Assembly: GCA_964016885.1 (NCBI GenBank)
Contig: OZ024746.1
Span: forward strand, 17,484,001-17,548,000
Direction of reading: 5' to 3'
Origin: Eledone cirrhosa
Lineage: Eukaryota
Length of the DNA stretch: 64,000 nt
The notes below the pieces were generated by a model that saw only the letters and a program-made list of their open reading frames with translations, made no database searches and had not been told where the DNA came from. Both the position numbers and the translations under genes were made by a program. Shown here piece after piece: positions 54,161 through 64,000 of the stretch. Within the stretch, counting starts at the first letter, position 1. Each line of letters opens with the position of its first letter.

Positions 54161-57100
54161 CTGGAAAATAAATGAAACCACATAGATTTTTTTTTTTATT
54201 TCGAGATCTTTTTTTTGTTGGGTGAGGACAAATTACTCTTTTATTCTAGCAAATTTCTTGAATTTCGGATATCACAGCTATGTATTTTTATCCTTGAAAC
54301 AAACAGATTAACTGATACTTTTAAATCCTCACTCCTAACTGATTCATAATACAGCTAACATCTCACGGCTGGGCAATAGGAAATTATTCACAGATATTTG
54401 GCACACATGGAAGTCATTTTTATTTTCACATGAGATATTGAAGTGGGTAGAGATAATAAAAAAAATTCAATAACTAATCTCTTCTGGTAGGACCCCCTAG
54501 AAGATGTGTCTGAGGACTCCGCACCCAGTCCACTCTGCAAAAGTGATTGGCATTAGGAAGAGTATCCAACAATAGAAACCCAACCAAAGATGGAACATAG
54601 AAGTGAGATGAGGTTCTCTTGGCCTATTCAGTCTCAAAGTGTGACATTGCATCCAAATGATTGCCAGCATGATGATGATGATGATGAAACAAAGGATGTC
54701 AGATACATGACCCTTACCAGTAGTAAAGTCTTCCTCGGCCATTTTATGGTTCTGTAACGATGCGTGTAATGAACCTCGGTTATAAAATACATGTGTGTAG
54801 TAAGGACAGCGCTCAATTGCTGTAGCAAAATCTTGAAAGGCACCTTTTACATCATTCAACATGGCCTGAAAATATAATTTGAGAATTATTGTTTTAACAT
54901 TTCTTATCCCCGGGGCTCTTCAGTTGAGTCAATGGCTGAAACCCCCCTAGTGCTGGTTTCACATACTAATTCTCTCTTACTTTGTATTGGTATTTATGAC
55001 ATAAAAGTTGGTGAAGGTACAAGTGGGTTTACATTTTCCACATTCTTTTCACAGAGTCTGCATTTCTGGGTGTCAGAAGTTTTGTAGATATTATACTTCA
55101 CCGAATGGGTAGCAAGAGCTTGTGCCTAAATCAGAAACCATTATTAGTATTAGTATTAATAGCAGTAGTGGTATAATTACTCACTTTAGTGATTGCTCTG
55201 TTTATGTATGCACATTCATTGTGCCTGTCCAACACAATGGCTCTGTTCAAATAGTTTAAGGCCTGAAATATAAAATATAGTGATGAAACATGAATATAAG
55301 AAGAATCAGATGTAGTGTGTATGAACAGCAAAGCATGAAGGGGATCCATGAAAAGCTGGAAGGGAACCAGATGTGATGTGTATGGAGGATGATTGTTGGG
55401 TGACAAAATTTGGATAAGGGAAATCAGGTGTAGTGTATAGGAGAGAAGACTGCTGGTATAGATGTGATGTGTATGGATGATGATTGTTGGTCGAGGAAGT
55501 GTCAGGAGATACCAGTGGAAGGAAGCTGTAGTAGAGGAAGATCAAAGAAGACTTGACCAGAGGTGGTAAGATGTTATTTTAAAACTTTGAACTTCACAGA
55601 GGAGATGATGAAGGAACAAAATGAGTGGAGGGAGGCTATAATAGAAAAGACCCACCCAAACCAGGAAAGCATGGAAAAACAGGAAAAACGATGATAATGA
55701 TAATGTCAGTAGTGCATTTTATCACAACACCAACAATACCACTTTACAGAGTGCACTGGGTGCATTTATCATGGCACCAGCACTACCACTTTACAAAGAG
55801 CATTTTATCATGGCATCAGCACTACCACTTTATAGTGCATTGGGTGCTCTTTATCATGGCAACAGCACTACCACTTAACAGAGTGAATTGGGTGCATTTT
55901 ATCATGGCATCAGCACTGCCATTGACAGAAAATATTGGGTGCATTTCTTTCTAAATTTTGCACATCCTTTGCATGTGTCACACAACCCTGCAGCATTGCA
56001 CTTTGTATGCACCAAAAAAAAGAAAATTGGAATAACATACCTGTTTGAAAAATCTTCCTTGTAAATGTAAGCTGCCTGCATTGTAATAAGCTAAAGCAAA
56101 AGACTGGTTAACTTTAATAGCTTTATAATAATCATGAAGAGCTGCAGCAGGTGATCCCATCATCTGAAACAACAAAGTAATGCACATGTACTTTTTTAGA
56201 GTTAAAAAAAAAAGTCTGTGACGAGCCCGGAGGCTCATTAGGCCGGGGCTTATCCTGTTTTCTGTGGTATTAAGCAAACGAGAGTACAAGACTTGGGACA
56301 GTACGCTAATCCATCATAGGGTTAAAGTCTGTCTCAAGCCTGGAGGCTCATCAGGCCAATGTTTATCCTGGTTTCCATGGCGTGAAGCTACTGAGAGTCT
56401 GGATGCCAGTCCATCACAGAGTTAAACTCATAGTTATTGCTGGTACGGATTTTCAACTGAGTATACTGGAGCAACATAAAATGAAGTGTTTTGCTCAAGA
56501 ACAACACACAAACCAGTCCAGGAATCAAACCCACAACATTATGATCATAAGTCTAACACACTTACCACTAGGCCACTATTAAAACAAGTGGAATTTTCTT
56601 CAGCCTTATGACAAATAAATGATATTTGAATTGAAATAAGTTATAATTACAGTAGCCTTGTGACAAACTAATCTGGTGAGTGAATAAAAACAAAAAATGT
56701 AGATGTTAATAACCTCTACATTATTTAATTCAAAGAGAATATGTTTGGCAATCCAAAGGAACTGGACAAACAGAGAATACACACTAAATTATATTTATAG
56801 ATGTTACTAAGAATTAATGCTTTCTGATTTAGGCACAAGGCCAGCAATTTAGGGGTGGAGTCGAATAAACCTACCCCAGTGCATTATTGGTATTTTATTT
56901 TATCAATCCTCATAAGGATGAAACACAAAGCTAACCTTGGCAGGATTTGAACTCAGAGCATAAAGACATAACTATATGCTGCAAAGGATTTTGACCAACA
57001 TTCTGCTTACCAATACTGCCAATCTAACCCACTTTAACAAGAATAATGTGAAGAATATTTACCTGGTTAACAACCCCTCTGTTATTATATAATTCAGCAG

Positions 57101-60100
57101 TAGGGGCTATGCTTAGGGCAAATGTGAGGTCATGGAATGCTGGGTATTTGTGGCCCATTTGTAAACTCAATATTGCTCGGGCCTCATAAGCTGGTTGATA
57201 ACCTACAAAATAAAGCAATTATTTCATCATTTAATGTCTGTTTTACCTGCAACTGATGGACGGGTCATACACATGTGGGAACAACACATCTCTTAGATGG
57301 GCCAGGGTAGCCTACATCTTACATACATTCCTGCGCTCTGCTCAGTGCATTTTATCGTGACACCAGCATCAGTTATGTAATAGTTATGTACTAGCTTTTA
57401 TAAAAAAATAATTACTTACTTGGATCAATTAATAATGCATTAGTAAACTGATGCCAAGCCATCTGGTACTTCTGCTCTACTTGGAAATAGATACCTAAAG
57501 AAACGTAGGCTAAACAGTTGGTGGGCTTTATCATAATGGCTCGCAGGTAATCTCTCCTGAAGATAGATAGGTAAATAACAGCAATGATGTTTTGATGAGA
57601 GAGAAGAGTAGCTGAAGAGAGAGGGGGTGGAGGTAGATGGAGAAAGAGAGTGAGAAGGGTGATGAGGATAGGGAGAAAGAAAGTGGGAGATGTGTATTGT
57701 GAGTTGAAATCCTGCCTCCCTCCGCCTACAAATAGATGTGATTGACAGAAAGTATCAGCAATGGGAAAGACTAATGGAAACATTGTTTCCTTGATTCAAT
57801 CTGAGAATCAGCTGAAGAGAAATCTTTGGTGGCACAACCATTATCATCATCTCCATCATCATCATCATCCCCATCATCACCACCAACAACTCTATCATCA
57901 TCATTATGTCTACTTTCCATACTTCCATGGGTTGACTAGGTTGTTGCAGTCTAAGACCAGATTAGTTAGAGAGATCTCATATATTCCATATTTTGGCATG
58001 GGTTTGCTAGTGCAAACTACATTACTTTATGCATTTTATTATAGCACAAGCGCTACCACATTACAGAATGTACTGTTTGAATTTTATCATGGCACCAGCA
58101 ATACCACTTTACAGAATGTACTTGGTGTATTTTATCATGGCACCAACACACAAACACTACATCACTTTACAGAGTGTACTGGGTGCACGTATGCCATCAT
58201 TAGTAAGAACATAATTAGAATAAACTTACTTTGCTAATTGGTTTTCTTTGTCTGTGAGGTAATCCATATAGACATTAGCTCTACTGATGAAAGCTTCTTG
58301 AAAATTTGGCTGCAGAATCATACTTCGTGTAAGAACTTTCACAGCAACATCTGGTTTCTCCATTCTAAACACAACAACAACAAACACTGAATTATATTAA
58401 AAATTAAAGAAATATATTTTAGTATCTTAATTATTAACATATATATGTGTGTAGTTTAGTATGTGGGTTTGTATAGTTTAGTATCTGTGTGTATATATGT
58501 ATTGTTTAATATCTGTGTGTGTATATATATATATATACTCACACAGATATTAAACTATATTTATAAATTATATATATATATAATTTAGTATGTGTTGTAC
58601 ATATAGTTTAGTATATGTGTATATATATAGTTTAGTGTTGGGGTGTATTTATATAATTTAGTGTGTATTTATATAGTTTAGTGCATGTGTTTATATAGTT
58701 TAGTGTATGTGTATACATAGTTTAGTGTGTGTTTAGTATCTGTATATATTATGTTGGTGTTGACCCATATATATATATATGGGTCAACACCAACATAATA
58801 TATATACACCAACACACACACACAGACATATATATATATATAATGTTTGTGCTGACCAATTCCTGTGTATATTATAATAATAATAATAATAATAATGAAA
58901 TTATTGTGTAAAGTGCTCAGGTGCACTACAACTCGTCAATATAGTACATAGAATAATACACAAATGTCAGGGAAGTACATGTGTGTATGTGTTAGCTGTT
59001 CTGTTGGCGGATCTCGGGAAGCATGGAGGCCTTAAAGGATGCAGTGTCTCGACAGCCAACAACTGATGCAGGTAGTTTGTTCCATGCTTCAGCAACTCTG
59101 AGCGTGAAAAAATGTTTCCGAAAGTCATGGGAACTGTGCTGTTTTCTTACTTTGTGGGCATGTCCACGTGTGTTAGACACATGGAAATCGAAAAGGTACT
59201 CAGGGTTGTTGTTGGCAACATGGTTAACAATTTTGTGGGTGTTTACCAAGTCAGTTGCCAGGCGTCGGAGCTTCAATGAATCCATGCCCAGGGAAGCAAG
59301 GCGCTCAGAGTATGGTAGATGCCTGATGGAGGGTATTCGCTTGGTTGCACGTCTCTGAACAGTTTCCAGGCGGTCAATGTCCTGAGCAAGATAGGGGTTC
59401 CAGACTGGTGATGCAAATTCTAAGTGTGGTCGCACCATAGCTGTATACAGCCTTAAATAGATATCTGGAGAGCGGCTGACAAAGGTCTTGCTGAGTGATG
59501 CTAAGACACCCTCGGCCCTCTTGACAATTTTAGAGACGTGCCTCGTCCAACGCAAATCGCTGCTGACCGTAATGCCCAGGTCACGTTCACAAGAAGACTT
59601 CTTGATATTAGTGCTGCGGAGGGAGTATGTGGACGCAGGGTTTTTACTCCCAAAATGCATGGTGGTGCACTTGTCCACAGCTAGCTTGAGTTGCCAGTCT
59701 GAGATCCACTGTTGCATTGTGTCCAGGTCAGACTGCAAGCAAGATCTATAGTGTTCAGGATCTGTCCTTTTTATCTCAAGGTACAGCTTGATGTTGTCTG
59801 CGTACTTTAGTACTGTGGCATTCCTTAAGTTGGCATCTATGTCATTAATATATGCCACAAACAAAAGGGGGCCAAGAACAGATCCTTGAGGTACACCAGA
59901 TGACATCTCATATGGTGAGGAATGCTGTCCCAGAACCGTGACTACCTCTCTTCGACTGAGAATGAAGGACTTCAACCAGTTAAAAAGATCATCCTTCACA
60001 CCCATTGCAGAGAGTTTTGCCATAAGCCTTTTGTATGGCACAGAATTGAAGGCCTTCGCAAAGTCAAGGTAAACAACATCCACCCATGAGCCGCCATCAG

Positions 60101-63100
60101 TGATCCGGGTGATGTCCTCAAGAAACTCTATAAGTTGATCACAGCAGCTGGAGTTGGGGATAAATCCAAATTGCGAGGGCCGGATAAGACTGTGAGAGCT
60201 TCATTATGTTGGTATTGACCGACTAGTGTATATATATATATAGTGTATATATATATATTATTAACACATTAGTATTTTAGCAATCTCAGTTATGTTGTTA
60301 TTTGAAGGGCTTAATTAGATTTGAGTGATTAATTAATATTACAGTAAAATAGAAAGACAAAAGTTAACAGTAGATAATATTTCAATAAAATATGAAGACC
60401 ACACTTACTTGTGTGTAATTAATCCTAAAATATGGTAAACCCTGTGATCTCCACCAAAAATCTTTATTGCACATCGAAAATCATGGTAAGCATTTGGGAT
60501 ATCATTCTTGTTGTAATACAGGAGGCCTCGATTGACATAGGCCTGTGAACAGATGAGATTAAGAGATTTAATTAGCAAAATTAGTTGGGATTACACCTGC
60601 AAGAATAAACTGATAAACTTGCTATTATTTTTGTATTTGGGAGAGTCATATTGCTATTCAAAAACATACATTTCAATTTTATTATAGAAAGGACCACCAT
60701 TGATTGCAATGGTGAGTGCTCCATCTACTCAGTTATATTAATCAAGAGTGGAGGGAAGCTGTGCTGGAAAAGACATGTTGATTAGTTGGTTCCTAGCCCT
60801 TAGTCACAACTTGTGACCTTGTCAATGAATATGTGCCCTTTGTTTAACACCACCACCAGCCTCTTGGGTGGTAGACGTAGACCATCACCCAGTTTAACAC
60901 CACCACCTGGCCCTTGGGTGGTAGACATTGTCCATCACCCAGTGTAATGCCACCACCTGGCTCTTGTGTGTCTTTAGTGGAGTCCACTTTATTGAAAGTA
61001 TTTGAATCAGTTTGAGGTGAACTTCTTCCATTCTTTCCACTAGTCTCAGAGGCCCTGAAATGAGCCATGGGCAATGCCCCCCCCCCACCACTTGTCTAGG
61101 AAGCCCTGAAAAAGGGTTGTGTAAAATATGCAAAAACAAATGACAATGATTGGATTAATAACTACAAGAGTTTCTATAAAGAAACGAATTGAGAGAGGGA
61201 CTGAGCATAAGAGGAATCAAATGCTGTGTGCAGGAGAGGAGGTTGCGTTGGTATGGACATGTGATGCGTATGAAGGATGACAGGTGCATAAAAAGGTGCA
61301 GAGCACTAGAAGTCGATGGAAGCTGTTGAGTGGGGAGACCCAGGAAGACCTGGGATGAGGTAATAAAAGCCGACCTTACCCAATTGCACCGCTCAAAGGT
61401 GATGACACACGACTGAGATCTCTGGTGTCACGCAGTAATACAGAAGACCCGACTTCCCATGGGTACAAGCTGAAGCTGAAGCATATAGACAATATGCCCC
61501 CACCCCCTCCCACTGCAAAGTGGTCGTGGAGGTGCCACAGAATAAAAGCACCCAGCACTCACTGTAAATGAAATTGGTGTTAGGAATGGCATCCAGCTGT
61601 AGAAATCATGCCAGAATCACTTCTCGTATGAGCAAGACAAAGTCAGCCGACCGGGCACTGCCCACAACAGGACGACCCGTCTAACCCATGCTAGCGTGGA
61701 AGAACGGACGTAAAACGGTGATAATAATGATGATGATGATGATTGAGGCCGGTACAAAATGAAAGAAGGTGGCACAGTGTGGCATGACATGAGACACTTG
61801 TAAGGAAGAAAGATAACTGAAACAAAATATAGCAACAACAACAATAATAATCAAAACATAACAACAACAACAACAACAACAACAATAATAAATACAACAA
61901 AATATAACTGACAATAATTATTTCTATTTTTGGCACAAGGCCAGCAATTACCCCAGTGCATTACTGATACTTTATTTTATCGACCTCGTAAAGATGAAAG
62001 GCAAAGCTAACCTCGGCGGGATAAAGGGGCGTAACTCTATGCTGCACGGCATGGGGTCCGACCCTCTACCAATACTGCCAATCCACGACTAACAACAACA
62101 AAAATAATAATCACAACAAAATTTGACAACAACAAAAACGTCAAACACAACAAACTATAATGACAACAACAACAATAATAATCGCAACAAAATATGACAA
62201 CAATAACAACAACAATAACAACACAGACCCTACCTTGTAGTCCATTTGTCCTCCAATAAGCAGTGCGATACTATAATCTCGTATTGCCTTTAAATAGTAA
62301 ATATAACAGAGTTGATGTAAGATATGTTTATTGTATTGTAAATTATATAAACATAGTTTGTATGTAAACAACAGTATTAATAACAACAATACCAACAACA
62401 ACATCAGCATCAGCATCGACAGCAACATCAACAACCTCATCAATATCATCATCAACATCATCATAAACATCAGCATCGACAGCATCATCAACAACAACAT
62501 TAATAGCAAAATATATCAATCCATCAGAAAAAAATGGACATGAAATGCTGACAAAGATGATGATGATGTTGACAATGATGAAGGCGTTGAAGGATGATGT
62601 TGATAATGACGATGATGACAACAATGATAATAATGATGGTAACGATGATGACAATGATGATGATGATGACATAGATGAAGATGATGACAATGATGACAAT
62701 GATGACGATGATGATGACGATGATGATGATAATGATGATGATGACTTAAATGAAAAAAAAATATATTTTTACTAAAACCCTTCAAATTGTGTTCAAATTG
62801 TGGAATATCTTAAGAATTATTATAAACACATCCAATATAACATTTCATGAGAACTACAGTTAAAAAAGGGTTAAAATAATGGTTTCTGGTTTAGGCCCAA
62901 GGCCAACAATTTGGGGGCAAGGGAATGTCAATTAAATTAACCCCAGTGCATTACTGGTACTTTATTTTATCAACCCTGGAAAGATGAAAGGCAAAGCTAA
63001 ACCTTGGTGGGATTTGAACTCAGAATATAAAGAGACATAACTATATGCCACAAAGCATGTTCTCTGATGCTCTACTGATTACTGCCATTCCAATAATGTT

Positions 63101-63256
63101 CTTATTTAATTACTAACCTTTGAGATCCTCTTCGAAGCAGCATAACAAATTCCTCGATTAAGATAAAGGACAGCAATATTAGCATTTATATTTATAGCTT
63201 CAGTGAGATCTGCAATAGCAAACTTATAAGCTGCTACAAAATACTTCAAAGCTCCC
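54006..63256 (-). CDS. TTC6: Tetratricopeptide repeat protein 6-like, last 10 coding exons (5' part lies beyond the window)
   Basis: Minus-strand exons 63256-63118, 62287-62234, 60542-60409, 58364-58230, 57556-57420, 57202-57063, 56163-56041, 55262-55185, 54865-54718, 54160-54006 (TAA), all GT-AG with consistent phases. TPR repeats include RANVYMDY, QKYQMAWHQFT, AYEARAILSLQMG, TAELYNNRGVV, LAYYNAG and VFYNRG, closely resembling the TTC6 C-terminus. Confidence 0.9.
54718..54865 (-). CDS. TTC6: TTC6-like exon
   Basis: AMLNDVKGAFQDFATAIERCPYYTHVFYNRGSLHASLQNHKMAEEDFTT. Confidence 0.88.
55185..55262 (-). CDS. TTC6: TTC6-like exon
   Basis: ALNYLNRAIVLDRHNECAYINRAITK. Confidence 0.88.
56041..56163 (-). 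CDS. TTC6: TTC6-like exon
   Basis: MMGSPAAALHDYYKAIKVNQSFALAYYNAGSLHLQGRFFKQ. Confidence 0.88.
57063..57202 (-). CDS. TTC6: TTC6-like exon
   Basis: YQPAYEARAILSLQMGHKYPAFHDLTFALSIAPTAELYNNRGVVNQ. Confidence 0.88.
57420..57556 (-). CDS. TTC6: TTC6-like exon
   Basis: RDYLRAIMIKPTNCLAYVSLGIYFQVEQKYQMAWHQFTNALLIDP. Confidence 0.88.
58230..58364 (-). CDS. TTC6: TTC6-like exon
   Basis: MEKPDVAVKVLTRSMILQPNFQEAFISRANVYMDYLTDKENQLA. Confidence 0.87.
58872..60201 (-). mobile_element. 5'-truncated CR1-clade LINE in a TTC6 intron
   Basis: 363-aa RT frame with YLDFAKAF, GVPQGSVLGPLLF, YADN (catalytic D to N), RDLG, VRPHLEF and AWNKLP, plus an (ATT)n tail. Confidence 0.9.
60409..60542 (-). CDS. TTC6: TTC6-like exon
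   Basis: AYVNRGLLYYNKNDIPNAYHDFRCAIKIFGGDHRVYHILGLITH. Confidence 0.87.
62234..62287 (-). CDS. TTC6: TTC6-like exon
   Basis: AIRDYSIALLIGGQMDYK. Confidence 0.85.
62380..62745. repeat. (CAT/CAA)n and (GAT/GAC)n trinucleotide tracts
   Basis: Seen directly. They explain ORFs at 62141-62785 apart from the true TTC6 exon. Confidence 0.9.
63118..63256 (-). CDS. TTC6: TTC6-like exon
   Basis: GALKYFVAAYKFAIADLTEAININANIAVLYLNRGICYAASKRISK. Confidence 0.85.
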
Positions 63257-64000
63257 CTGCAACATATAAAATAGAACATTTTACACTCATTAACCTTTTC
63301 ATTACCATTTTTTCTTTATTGAAAGATGCTACCTATGATTTTCAAATAATTTTGAAAATAATTAAGAATTTTGAAAACTAACTTTCTCATCATCAAGCTA
63401 TTTGGATCATAAAGATTGTGTATTGCATAAAATTATAATGGAATGATTTTATATAAACATAAAGTGGTCATGTTGATGACACAACAAAAAACACCTAGTC
63501 CACTCTGTAAAGTGGTCATTTTGGTACCACGATAAGAAGCCCTTAATCCACACTGCAATGTGGTCATGCTGGTGACATGATGAAAAAGCACCCAGTCCAA
63601 TTTATCAGTTGGTCTCTCTGGTGCCACAAAAAACCCCCACCCAGTCCACACTGTAAAATGGTTATTTTGGTGTCACAAGAAAAAGTGTTCATGCCCAGTT
63701 CACAATGTAAGTAGTTGGTGTTAGAAAGGGCATCCAGCCATAGAAACCAAACCAGAAACAGTTCTGTATGAGCAAGACATGGTCATCTTATCTGATTTGT
63801 CTCATAATATCAGGACAACTCGTCTAACCCATGCTAGCATGGAAAAATGGACATTAAACAGTGATGATGATGGTGATAATAAACACTTTAACCTTTTCAT
63901 TACCATACTTTTATTGAAAGACACTGCCTATCACCTTCAAATAATTTTGATTGATTTAATAATATTACTAACTTTCTCATTATTAAATTGATCTTTGGAA

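Noticed and set aside
62545-62775. Poly-Asp acidic protein ORF
   Set aside because: It is a (GAT)n microsatellite within a TTC6 intron.

Overview
AT-rich eukaryotic (metazoan) genomic DNA. The SINE, LINE and microsatellite landscape suggests a coleoid cephalopod such as Octopus, which is an inference. Two spliced host genes can be reconstructed by eye with consistent GT-AG boundaries and intron phases. The first is a complete ZC3H11A-like CCCH zinc-finger gene on + (13 coding exons, 29335-42685, about 699 aa). The second is the last 10 exons of a TTC6-like TPR gene on - (63256-54006). The rest is transposon-derived: RTE, CRE, CR1 and R4-like LINEs, a Penelope-like GIY-YIG fragment, a DD37D maT transposon, hAT, pogo and Tc2-type MITEs, many tRNA-derived SINEs, minisatellites and microsatellites. 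The most unusual signal is in the ZC3H11A-like protein. It carries four tandem RNA-polymerase-II-CTD-like heptads ([28 protein letters not shown]) just after its zinc fingers, plus a separate exon with a Thr-Pro octapeptide array. Several minimal hammerhead-ribozyme motifs and ribozyme-centred fold-back palindromes are also visible.
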